From positions 62,001 through 126,000 of the forward strand of contig BCKZ01000023.1 of assembly GCA_001600815.1 (NCBI GenBank): DNA of 64,000 nt, read 5' to 3'. The notes under the pieces are model-generated. The model was not told where the DNA came from, ran no database searches, and saw nothing but the letters and a program-made list of their open reading frames with translations. Source of the stretch: Alloascoidea hylecoeti (Eukaryota). Each line of letters starts with the position of its first letter. The stretch's first letter is position 1. Below are positions 35,797-45,501 of this stretch, piece after piece. The position numbers were made by a program, and so were the translations under genes.

Positions 35797-37425
35797 TTAT
35801 TTAAATATTTCTTCGGCATAAACTTTAAAATTGTCAGGTAGTTTCGGTCTTTTAAACCATTCATTAAATTCTAAAATTTGTTTGTTAACTTCTGGTTTAC
35901 CATGTTTTAATCTAACAATCTTTGCATCAATTAAATATTCATCTAATTCTAACGCAACACCGGAGTTGATTTTATGTGAAACAGACACTAATTCTATTGC
36001 ATTAGTATTTTTAGTATCAATCTGATCATCACTTTTATTTGTTATTGTCATGTTTACCAATTCAACATAGTTTATACAATAAATTAATAGTTCTTCTTTA
36101 ACATTTATCCATCTAGTTGTATCATTTTTTGAAAATTTGATTAATGAAGCAAAATTTATAAAACGACATGCAGACGGTACATTTTGTAAGCAACTATAAG
36201 CTCTATGTTGTTTTCCTAGTGTTGGCCATGATCGTTGAGATTTTATTGGATAGAGTGGAACTATTTTTTCTGGGTGAACGATACCTGATAAAAGTAATCT
36301 TGATATAATAATTGGATAACAAGTTGCAATTCTTGATAGTGTGATTTTATTATTATAATCATCATTTTCTGATTCTTTTTCGAATTCAATTTCATATTTA
36401 TCGAAAATTGGTTTATTGATATAGTCTGAATTTGAAACTGAATTTTTTGAAACATTCATATATCCTATTGCTACTTCTTTCCCATAATTCATAAATAAAA
36501 TAATTGCAAAAACAATATCATCAATAAAATTTGACCAATCTTTTTCAGCTTTACCTGTTTTTATTAGATATTTTTCAGTTAATTTATCTCTAATTTGTTT
36601 TGGATCAAATTTATCAATCCTAAAATCAAAATATGATTTATCTTCTTTGATTATTGGTAATGTGTTTAGATTTGATTTTTTAATTTTACTTGACGGACAG
36701 AATGAAAGAACATTTGAAGTAACCATTTGTGAAATCATAAATCTATCATGAAATTCAACTGGAAATTTTATGCAAGCATTATTATTGATAGTGCATGTGA
36801 GATTTGCAGGTGGTATAATCTCCATATCAGAACTTGTTTGAGAAGATTTTAAAATAGAACTTGTATGTGAAGACCTCGAAGTAGAACTTGTTTGAGAAGA
36901 TCTCGAAGTGGAACTTGTTTGTGACAACTTCCCGAGATTTGTTTGAACCTCATCTTCTTTTGATGCTTCATTTGATTCTTCTTCAACAATTTCTTCTTTT
37001 ATCTCTTCTAGTTTTGTTGTTGCACTAGTAGCCATATAATTTTTTCGAAGATCTTGGGCAGCAGGAGTATACGTAGGGATTTCGGGGATTTGTACGGAAA
37101 CACCCCGGAACTCCAACTCACTCGAGCTTTGGGCCTTCACATTGTTCACATCTTCAGGATCTTTTATCGTTGAAGGAAGATGAAGATTGGGAGGGAAATC
37201 AGTTAATGTTAAGTCAGGATCTGAAACACCAGACTCTGTGGGTGTAATAGTCTCCAACCCACGATCCTCAAGAAGTCTGTTGATTCCTAAATATATGAGA
37301 CTTAAATCATTCTGAATTTTTCGAATCTTTCTATCGTTATCATATTGATTCTTTAATATTTCTTCTAAACAGGATTTTGAGAAAGACCCTTTTGCTTTCT
37401 TTGAGATGGTAGTATTTGTAGCCAT
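35797..37425 (-). CDS. Endogenous Phenuiviridae-like (phlebo/tenui/cogu-type) nucleocapsid-domain protein with N-terminal coiled-coil and Ser/Thr-rich extension, 542 aa
   Basis: ATG at 37425 in ATAATGG context; collinear N-protein motifs FDPKQI..L, DIVFAIILFMNYG, DKYEI, ITLSRIATCYP, VPSACRFINFASLI, LLIYCINYVELVN, EYLIDAKIV..GKP. Confidence 0.75.
   Translation of the reverse strand: MATNTTISKKAKGSFSKSCLEEILKNQYDNDRKIRKIQNDLSLIYLGINRLLEDRGLETITPTESGVSDPDLTLTDFPPNLHLPSTIKDPEDVNNVKAQSSSELEFRGVSVQIPEIPTYTPAAQDLRKNYMATSATTKLEEIKEEIVEEESNEASKEDEVQTNLGKLSQTSSTSRSSQTSSTSRSSHTSSILKSSQTSSDMEIIPPANLTCTINNNACIKFPVEFHDRFMISQMVTSNVLSFCPSSKIKKSNLNTLPIIKEDKSYFDFRIDKFDPKQIRDKLTEKYLIKTGKAEKDWSNFIDDIVFAIILFMNYGKEVAIGYMNVSKNSVSNSDYINKPIFDKYEIEFEKESENDDYNNKITLSRIATCYPIIISRLLLSGIVHPEKIVPLYPIKSQRSWPTLGKQHRAYSCLQNVPSACRFINFASLIKFSKNDTTRWINVKEELLIYCINYVELVNMTITNKSDDQIDTKNTNAIELVSVSHKINSGVALELDEYLIDAKIVRLKHGKPEVNKQILEFNEWFKRPKLPDNFKVYAEEIFK
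36830..36925 (-). repeat. 27-bp coding tandem repeat (SQTSSTSRS), about 3.5 copies
   Basis: GAACTTGT(T/A)TG recurs at 27-bp spacing. Confidence 0.8.
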
Positions 37426-37626
37426 TATAATCCAAGACAAGATGCTAAATTCTAATTAGCTATAGTTGGAAGCTGGAGTATAAAAGAAAAAAGGCGTTTT
37501 AAAAGTGTTCGGGACAAATAGTGAAAATCATATTATTCGTATATCCTTATATAAACCATGGCCATGAGACATAAACATTTTATGAACGAACGTTATAAAT
37601 AATTAAATAATAAGACACAATAAAAT

Positions 37627-37634
37627 TTACCCGG
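37627..37634 (+). promoter_or_regulatory. Reb1-type site TTACCCGG in the divergent promoter between the nucleocapsid-like gene and SPO7
   Basis: Exact consensus, about 95 bp from the SPO7 ATG and 200 bp from the divergent ATG at 37425. Confidence 0.5.
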
Positions 37635-37726
37635 ACACAACCAAACCTCCAACATTTTGCAAACTCCAACATCTCAGGAATATTAATGATCTGTAATCTT
37701 TTGGCAATTGGGGATCATGGAACAAT

Positions 37727-38419
37727 ATGAACAGCGACATACCGACCCCTACTACTCATGATCTTCCTTCGTCTCTGATATTTAGAGACTTACTTGTCTT
37801 GGAAGAATCTCTACGGCAGCAGTACTCAACACAATCTCAACTGAGACACAAATATATGTTTTTCATGACAAGTTTAATAATATCGGCATTTACTTCGGCT
37901 CACCTTCTATACACTGGCAATGACTACTTTTTTCCTCCTTTTCTACTGAAACTGATACTGAGCATGTGCTTAGTTTCTTTGATTTTATTCTATATATCTG
38001 GTGAATATAATAGAACAATAACATATCCAAGAAAATTTATATTATCTACAAATAAAGGCTTACGACAATTCAATTTAAAACTCATACGAATACATTCATC
38101 ATTAAGCGAAAATTTTGAAGAATTACTATTAAGAATAACGAGAAAAGAGAAAGATTTAAGGCCGGGTGGAAAAGATGTTAAATTAGTTTTACATTCTCGA
38201 TGTTTTGGGATGGAAGTAAGGGAAGCTTGGGAGGTTTATAGACAAGAATATTGGGAGAAAGAGAATGAATATAGGAGGAAAAAAAGATCACATGGTCATA
38301 CAAATTCACATTCGCATTCAACTCATAGACATAGTAATTCAAAAGGAAGAAAAGGAAGTGTTACTGACATTGAAAAGAAAAGGAAGAAGAAAAAGAGAGC
38401 TGGGTTACAAACAACATAA
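37727..38419 (+). CDS. SPO7: Nem1-Spo7 phosphatase regulatory subunit
   Basis: IFRDLLVLEESLRQQ, two TM helices, SGEYNRTITYPRKF..TNKGLRQFNLKL. Confidence 0.92.
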   Translation: MNSDIPTPTTHDLPSSLIFRDLLVLEESLRQQYSTQSQLRHKYMFFMTSLIISAFTSAHLLYTGNDYFFPPFLLKLILSMCLVSLILFYISGEYNRTITYPRKFILSTNKGLRQFNLKLIRIHSSLSENFEELLLRITRKEKDLRPGGKDVKLVLHSRCFGMEVREAWEVYRQEYWEKENEYRRKKRSHGHTNSHSHSTHRHSNSKGRKGSVTDIEKKRKKKKRAGLQTT

Positions 38420-38769
38420 GTACCTTTCTTTTTCGACGTATCGTTTTGTTATTATCAGCACATATGCACAGTTTCATCCATATTTGTATAAATTAGAAAT
38501 ACAAGCAAAAATCATTTAATGTTTTAACGTAAATAACTATTTAATTATAATGAAGTTTAGATTTTATACACAACTATTAAGTTTAATCATAATTGCAATT
38601 GTAATAATTTGTATTGTATTGTAGTTGTTTATCTTTTGGCTCTATTGCAATCAATAGTCGTTCAAAAGCTCTACTATAATTTTTTGATATGATTTATTCC
38701 TACAAAATTTTATAATTGTTGTTATATTCTTTAAATTTATAGTTGTGATCAGTTGTTTGTTTATATACA

Positions 38770-41238
38770 TTATGCCTTTCGGGCTTTCTTACAAGGTTTT
38801 TTCTGTTCAGGGTGATCATCTTCATTTGTATCGGCTTCATCTTCTTCTGGAAAAGCCAATTGAAGACCATCAACAACATATTTTTGTTTATAAATATCTC
38901 CAACAAAAATCGACATACCATCAAAAGCCATTGCAATATTTCCTGAATAATCAACTTTTGTAATATCAGGAGAATATTCCAATTGTTTTGGAGTTAATAG
39001 TTCACGTAAATTATTATGAGTAGTGCATAATTTTTCATTATCGTTCACTTTACCATTAAATATTGATAAATCATTAGTTTTTGAATATCTTTGTGATATA
39101 TGGGTTAAGACTATATTTTTACAATGCATCTTTTCACCAATATAAATTGCTTCACCAATAGTTGAATGTCTTTTATCAAGGGCATCAAGTAACTTATCAT
39201 CTGAAAAAGTTGCTTCATGAATTAATAAATCACTATTTTTACCAATTATTGCAAAGTATTTTGATGGTCTTGTATCACCAGAAAATGAATATTTAAAATT
39301 TGGTATTGATTTATCTTTTGATAATGACGAGTTAATTGTCACGCAATAAGATTGATCACAATGAATTGCACGGCACGTTAAAATATCAATAAAATCTAGA
39401 TCCCTTTTTAATTCGTTTATCGTTTTTAATGAATCTGAACTCTTTTTTGTTTTACTGCTAAACATAAAATCTTCACAATTTATATAAACTATATTCTCAA
39501 GCAGTAATGAATCTTTATCAATATTATTGTATTCTTTTAGAAATTTGTAGTAATCAAATGGTCCTAATATATATATCTTATCAGTATCATGTTCAATTAT
39601 TTTATTTTGTTTCCTTAGTTTGATCATCTCCTTGATGATTGAAATATAACCTAAATGATGATCAGCATGCAAATGACTAAGATATAAAAGCTTCGTTTCC
39701 GATAATAATTTGTTTGTACCATCATCACCGTACAATCGTTTCATTGTACCAAGGGTATTTTCGCCACAATCCAAAATTACAGATCGATATGTAAGTATAC
39801 CGGATTCATCTTCGTATGGTAACCTGACAATAGTTGATGAAACATTTCTATACTTCGATGGCATGGAACTTCCAGTGCCTAAAGTCAATATTTCGATTTT
39901 ATCATGTAATGGATGGGATGATTTTGATGAATCATTTGGTGAAATTGGCCTAATAGATTGTTCAAGGTTCAACGGTGCAACAAACTCTTTCATGTCTTTT
40001 TCATAATCATGAGCACCGGTATCTAAATTAGGATCCCTTTTTGACATTGTAACCTTTTTGTCCTTCTCTAGAGTGAATTGTGTCTGGGATAATAATGGTC
40101 GAATATTTTCAATCCATCTAGGATCATTATCTTCATTAAGCGCATGTTTTAAATCATCAACTAATGATCTAACAGCACCCGAACTTAGCGGTATAGTGAA
40201 ATTATCTTTTAGTAATGCTTTCAATTTTAACATCATTATAGATGCACTGGGTATAGATATAGTGTTAGGACAGTATAAAGGATGAGATATTTGATGTTTA
40301 CAATTAAGGCCAAAAGATTTTATAAATGACAAATAAGGTTCTTCAAATGGTTCAACAGATTCATCTAAGATATGATAAATTAGATCCACATCATCTTTTG
40401 GCCATTGTTGATTTGATACTATACCAAGTACATATTCTTTTCCTGGACAATCAATTACAAGTACTTTTGGCATATGCTGCATTGGAGATAAAACTTGAGT
40501 TGGTTCAATTATTCTTCCATCCTCTAACGTAATCGAAGTTCCTTTACTTAATATACCATATAATGGGCCTCTTGGAACTCCCAATTCTTTTGCTTTCTGT
40601 GGTAAGAAATTACGAGTTGGATGGAAGTTTAAAATGTAGGAAGTTGATGAGTTATCAGTCTGCGGAGGATCAATTTTTTCATTGGTAGTTGGATTGGTTT
40701 TGGCACCATTTAGAATTGGATTATTGGATTTTGGTAAAATGCTTGATATAATTTTTTTTAAGAAACTCATATCTTCTGTAGATTCGTTATTGTTAACAGA
40801 TTCATTATCATCATCAGGATAAGTAATAACACTCTCAATCTTTAAATCTTTGTCGTTATAACAGTTCACTTCCTTATTCATCCCAATTGTAAATATATTT
40901 AGTTTACAAGCAAATCTGAATATGAAATATCGCCAACTTGCAGTTAAGTAATAAATCAAAGGAGATCCATGATAAATATCAATATTTGATTGTAAAAAAC
41001 TCTGATTGCTAACTGTTAAGATGAACCCAGGTAAACCACCCAAAGATTCCCATGTAACTCTACCAGTTAAAAATATCTGTGTAACATTGGTTATTTTTTG
41101 CTGATTTTGTGCTGCACATCTTTGTATACCTTCAGATAAACGGCCAATTAGAAAATATTTTCCTTCATGATTAAATACAAGACTTGGGGCTTTAATATCC
41201 GCAGTTGGATGAGCCATTGAAACAGCAAAGTGTTTCAT
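38770..41238 (-). CDS. TRZ1: tRNase Z, long form
   Basis: EGIQR, GGLPGFILT, TLGTGSSMPSKYRNVS, DCGENT, SHLHADHHLG, SGDTRP, HEAT, LTHISQRY. Confidence 0.95.
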   Translation of the reverse strand: MKHFAVSMAHPTADIKAPSLVFNHEGKYFLIGRLSEGIQRCAAQNQQKITNVTQIFLTGRVTWESLGGLPGFILTVSNQSFLQSNIDIYHGSPLIYYLTASWRYFIFRFACKLNIFTIGMNKEVNCYNDKDLKIESVITYPDDDNESVNNNESTEDMSFLKKIISSILPKSNNPILNGAKTNPTTNEKIDPPQTDNSSTSYILNFHPTRNFLPQKAKELGVPRGPLYGILSKGTSITLEDGRIIEPTQVLSPMQHMPKVLVIDCPGKEYVLGIVSNQQWPKDDVDLIYHILDESVEPFEEPYLSFIKSFGLNCKHQISHPLYCPNTISIPSASIMMLKLKALLKDNFTIPLSSGAVRSLVDDLKHALNEDNDPRWIENIRPLLSQTQFTLEKDKKVTMSKRDPNLDTGAHDYEKDMKEFVAPLNLEQSIRPISPNDSSKSSHPLHDKIEILTLGTGSSMPSKYRNVSSTIVRLPYEDESGILTYRSVILDCGENTLGTMKRLYGDDGTNKLLSETKLLYLSHLHADHHLGYISIIKEMIKLRKQNKIIEHDTDKIYILGPFDYYKFLKEYNNIDKDSLLLENIVYINCEDFMFSSKTKKSSDSLKTINELKRDLDFIDILTCRAIHCDQSYCVTINSSLSKDKSIPNFKYSFSGDTRPSKYFAIIGKNSDLLIHEATFSDDKLLDALDKRHSTIGEAIYIGEKMHCKNIVLTHISQRYSKTNDLSIFNGKVNDNEKLCTTHNNLRELLTPKQLEYSPDITKVDYSGNIAMAFDGMSIFVGDIYKQKYVVDGLQLAFPEEDEADTNEDDHPEQKKPCKKARKA

Positions 41239-41480
41239 TGTTCTAAGTGATATCCGAATATTTGAAAATTATGGCTGAATAAATAAGGGAAAAGGAGGGA
41301 AAACTAATGGAAATCCATTAAAAAAAGAGGTTATGTAAAAAAACTTTCTTATAATTTATAATTATACTTCAATTGAAAAGTTTGAAAAGTTTAACAATCA
41401 CAATTCAAACACCTCTACACCAACCTCCTTCAAGACAACGTAATCTTATCTGTTTCATTAGCAAGTACTAATGATTCAAA

Positions 41481-44093
41481 ATGTCGTCAAAATTGGATTA
41501 TAATCGTCAATTATTCCAGGTTCAATCAGTAAATGATTTGGAATCGTTATTATCTTCACTGAATGATTCTGATAATAAAATTGAGGAAAAACTATCTTCA
41601 TTCATTTCAACACAGACCCCGAAAAACTCATTAAAAGTACATTCTTTAGATTTATCGAAAACATCAATTTCAACACTAGTTTCTGAATCAAGAGATTTAA
41701 TTGATCAACTAAATATATCATCAAACTCGGCAGCAAGAATCACTTTAAAAGTCCGGACATTAGATAATGAATCAATGAGAGTACAACAAACTTTAGAATA
41801 TGTTGAAAAGGTAATCGAATTAAAACAAAATATGGTACTAGTTTCGAGCGCATTAGATGAACAAAATTGGCCTCTAGCGTCATTAAAAATAAATGATATA
41901 AGATCGATTAAAAAAGAGATCTTAGAAGGAACATTTACCGAGAAAACAGTACCAAGTTCTGAATTACCAGAATTACCAAAAATAACTTTGAATAACTGGA
42001 TCAAAGATTTAACTGCTTTATTTAAACGTGAATTTAATAAAGCTGCGGACACAAAAAATATGGAAGTTTTGACGAAATATTTTAGTCTGTTTCCCTTATT
42101 GGGGGAAGAAAAAGTTGGGATTTCTTTATATGCAAATTTCATTTGTTCAGTTATATCACAACAGTCAAGATTTTTAATTAAAAATGATTTATCCTCTGCT
42201 ACTTTGGCAATGAATAACCCAAGTTTATATGCAATGATTATAACCAAATTATTTGAGAATATTGCTTCAATTATAACCCAACATTCTAGAATTATTATAA
42301 AGCATTATGGCCAACTAAATATGTTAGAAATTATAACAAAAATTCAAAATGAATGTGATTCACAGGCTGGCATTATTATTGATACATTTTGGGACAATAG
42401 AAAAGTTGAAAGATTAATTCATGAGATCAAAGAGTATAGTTCAGACGCAAGGAATAGTTCATCATTTGCCAGACCAAGATCCGGAACCCCTGACGTAAAT
42501 AATAGTGAACATGAAGATGATGACGTTAATGTTGTTAGTGTTGGCGAACTGCTAGCTGAACTAAGTGCTATTTTAAATAGATGGATGTTGTATTGCAAAT
42601 TTATTCAGATCCATTGGAATGAATATTCATTATCCCCAGAAGAACTTAACATCGATGAAAAGAAATCTAAAATTATTGTGCCGCCTCCACTTGCTTCCAG
42701 TCGTTTCAACACTAAGATTTATAACAACTTATTACCATGTTATATTGAATTATCAACATTTTTTTTCAGAAGATCTATTGAAAAGGCATTTGAAATTGAA
42801 GAAGTACCTACAATTACTGATTTAAACTCACCAGAACTATCAAATTCTTTATCTTCATCAATTGTTGATGATGTCATGTATCTTTTAAATATTGTTCTCC
42901 GAGAATCAATTGAAACGGGCTTTTTAAGAATTATTATCACAAGTATAATTAATATTACAAACACTTTAACAACAAATTATCTTGAGATTACTGCTGAAAA
43001 ATTACACGATGAGATAAACAAAATAAAATTAAATGTCAATTGGTCAAAATTATTTAGAAATGGTAATTATAATGGAATCACAGCAAATTTGGGTAGTTTT
43101 CAACAAGGTGTTCCACAATTCGCAGAAATAATGAAAAGTTTTACATCAACAAATAATAATGCGTTATCATCATCTATAAATAATAATTCAATGTCTAATA
43201 CCAATAATAATCCAATCGTTAATTTACCAGCGAATAAAAACTTAATTAATTATCTTATTTTACTTAATAATCTAGAATTATCAAATGGTTATTGTGTCAA
43301 AATTGTTAACGATATAAAACAAATTGTACCACAAAATGTCCCATATAATTCTGATTTAATGGGAAATTTCCCATCATCTTCATCCTCATCTTCATCTTTA
43401 TCTAATAATGATATTAGTTCGATTCATAAATCAATAGAGAAAAAATTAGATATGTTAATAAAACATTTTACGACGAACTCAAATACGATTATAACTCATC
43501 ACTTAAGAATATTATTTGAACAAATTTTAAAACAAAAATTAACGGTATTAATAGATGATTGTTTTAAGACAGCTGATTTTATGGTTGTTCCAAATTCATC
43601 AGAAGCAGCATCTAACTCTTATCTTGATTCATTAGATGATCAGAATGAATTAGTTATTAAATTTTCAATATCTTTTGGTATGCTAATGGAAAGCTTTCAA
43701 AAATTATTAACACCAGAAAATTTATTAAAATTAATAAATGATTATGTTTCAAAATATTTGGCAAATTTATTGGAACTTAAAATTTGGAACTTAGATGGGA
43801 AAATTAATGAATTGGGCGCAATTAAATTAGATAGAGATATTTCGAATATCATTTCGATTGTTTGTACAAATGCCAAATCATCTTTAGGAATATCCACATC
43901 TTCTGAAATAGGTATTAATATTGGAAATGTTGCTGCTGGATATTATAAAATGAGAGATAATTTTACAAGAGTTACTCAAATTGTGATGCTACTAGGTATG
44001 GATGAGGAAGAAGAGGAAGAAGGAATTAGTTGGATTATCAGTGACGACGATAAGAGAAAAGGCAGAGAATTACGGGTTGAAAGAAAAAACTAA
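41481..44093 (+). CDS. COG4: Conserved oligomeric Golgi complex subunit 4
   Basis: KVRTLD, VPSSELPELP, YFSLFPLLGEE, ECDSQAGIIIDTFWDNR, SSIVDDVMY, NELGAIKLDRDI, RDNFTRVTQI. Confidence 0.92.
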   Translation: MSSKLDYNRQLFQVQSVNDLESLLSSLNDSDNKIEEKLSSFISTQTPKNSLKVHSLDLSKTSISTLVSESRDLIDQLNISSNSAARITLKVRTLDNESMRVQQTLEYVEKVIELKQNMVLVSSALDEQNWPLASLKINDIRSIKKEILEGTFTEKTVPSSELPELPKITLNNWIKDLTALFKREFNKAADTKNMEVLTKYFSLFPLLGEEKVGISLYANFICSVISQQSRFLIKNDLSSATLAMNNPSLYAMIITKLFENIASIITQHSRIIIKHYGQLNMLEIITKIQNECDSQAGIIIDTFWDNRKVERLIHEIKEYSSDARNSSSFARPRSGTPDVNNSEHEDDDVNVVSVGELLAELSAILNRWMLYCKFIQIHWNEYSLSPEELNIDEKKSKIIVPPPLASSRFNTKIYNNLLPCYIELSTFFFRRSIEKAFEIEEVPTITDLNSPELSNSLSSSIVDDVMYLLNIVLRESIETGFLRIIITSIINITNTLTTNYLEITAEKLHDEINKIKLNVNWSKLFRNGNYNGITANLGSFQQGVPQFAEIMKSFTSTNNNALSSSINNNSMSNTNNNPIVNLPANKNLINYLILLNNLELSNGYCVKIVNDIKQIVPQNVPYNSDLMGNFPSSSSSSSSLSNNDISSIHKSIEKKLDMLIKHFTTNSNTIITHHLRILFEQILKQKLTVLIDDCFKTADFMVVPNSSEAASNSYLDSLDDQNELVIKFSISFGMLMESFQKLLTPENLLKLINDYVSKYLANLLELKIWNLDGKINELGAIKLDRDISNIISIVCTNAKSSLGISTSSEIGINIGNVAAGYYKMRDNFTRVTQIVMLLGMDEEEEEEGISWIISDDDKRKGRELRVERKN

Positions 44094-44463
44094 ATATAAG
44101 CTTATATATATATAAGAGAAATCACCTTTGAAAATTAAGATATCTACATCTTCAATACATATAGGTGTTACATAAACTGAATTGCAAGAAAGTCCAGTCA
44201 AGTGACCATAGTTAAGCTTACACATTTTTTCTGCAATGGATCCCATTGTCGTTTGTCCATTTCTGCCCATACTTAAGGAAGATTCCAGATTTTCTTTTCC
44301 AATCCAGCTCACCATTTTTGGAAACATCTAGCTGTGTGATATGCAAGACTTAAATTAGTGATCCAAAAAAACTCTACAAGGCCTTAAATTGTTTCTAAAG
44401 TAGTACATAATGATCTGTAAATTCTGTAGATTATATTAACGCATATAAATTGACAATTCAAAT

Positions 44464-45190
44464 TTAATACTTAGTTTTGGGACCCCTTAACCCCCATAGA
44501 CGGCTTCCACCCTACGAGTTATAGAGTCAATCAGATTATCAATAATATCCTGATCCACGAGTTCCCAGTATTTGAAGGAGACATAAGCATTAGGTATTTA
44601 TTTACCATTAAAAGAAGGCTCATAATCGTAACTCCTGAAATGTAATAAACTTTTGAGGAGATTTCAAATGTGCTCGAGTGGTTGCAGTTCCTCTTAAAAA
44701 GGCCACCGCTCCACACATCTATCTGCTTGTCAAGAAACCAATTCATCGCAAGATTAGTTTTTTGGATAAGTATGATTTCCTGCTTGAATATAAGATGCTC
44801 ATGACTCTCATCAAAAGCCTCCTCCAATAGTTTTATGTGAGAAAGTACGGTGGCTCGAGGTATGTGCAATTAGGATCCCCAACCACTCTATACAGTAAAG
44901 CACGGTCTCCTTTCCAAAGTCAGTACTATAGGACTAACGGTCCAGTACTTCTCCCCACTATACATGCTTTTTGATTCAAAGGCTTGGTGTGACTGTTGTG
45001 GAGGATATACTTTTTTGGATCCGGATCGTATCCTGTACGATCAATCATTAATCACTAAATGAAATATCATCACAAATGTCATGATACCACTCCAACCTAT
45101 ATTTAGACTATCCCTTCCTATTAATTTGGGTCTTCTCATTCATTTGAGACTATTTACATGCCGAAAATATTCCATATTAATGTTTTTACA
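44464..45190 (-). mobile_element. Degenerate Tc1/mariner (DDE) transposase
   Basis: Collinear fragments RRPKL..RLEWY..ISFSD*, LIFKQE..KTNLAMNWF..KQIDV, ERWPF*EELQPLEHI*NLLK (for WPxxSPDLNPIEHLWxxLK), WELVDQDIIDNLIDSITRRVEAV..KGSQ.TKY*. Confidence 0.85.
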
Positions 45191-45289
45191 GAATGATTCT
45201 TAGGTGGTCTTTAAAATTCTAGTATAGAACCTCCTCCTTAAACATGTTAAAAAGGGTAGCCTTCACAATCCCTGGAATATAATTCAAAT

Positions 45290-45501
45290 TTTTGTTCCTT
45301 CTCCTCCTTGAGCTTCACCAATTCTTGCATAGTGTCATTTAGTTCTTCATCACCAAACAGATATACAACTGAGAATAGATTAATAATTTTCCTATAACGC
45401 TTTAAAATCGCTTACACAACAATGAGCTTAGAGATTTATATTAAACAACTAAATGACACTATGCAAGAATTGGTGAAGCTCAAGGAGGAGAAGGAACAAA
45501 A
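45290..45501. repeat. Perfect 55-bp inverted repeat (arms 45290-45344 and 45447-45501, 102-bp spacer)
   Basis: TTTTGTTCCTTCTCCTCCTTGAGCTTCACCAATTCTTGCATAGTGTCATTTAGTT and its exact reverse complement. Confidence 0.95.

Noticed and set aside
44531..44869. ESHEHLIF resembling the zinc-knuckle region of LINE ORF2
   Set aside because: No flanking cysteines; surrounding motifs fit a Tc1 transposase much better
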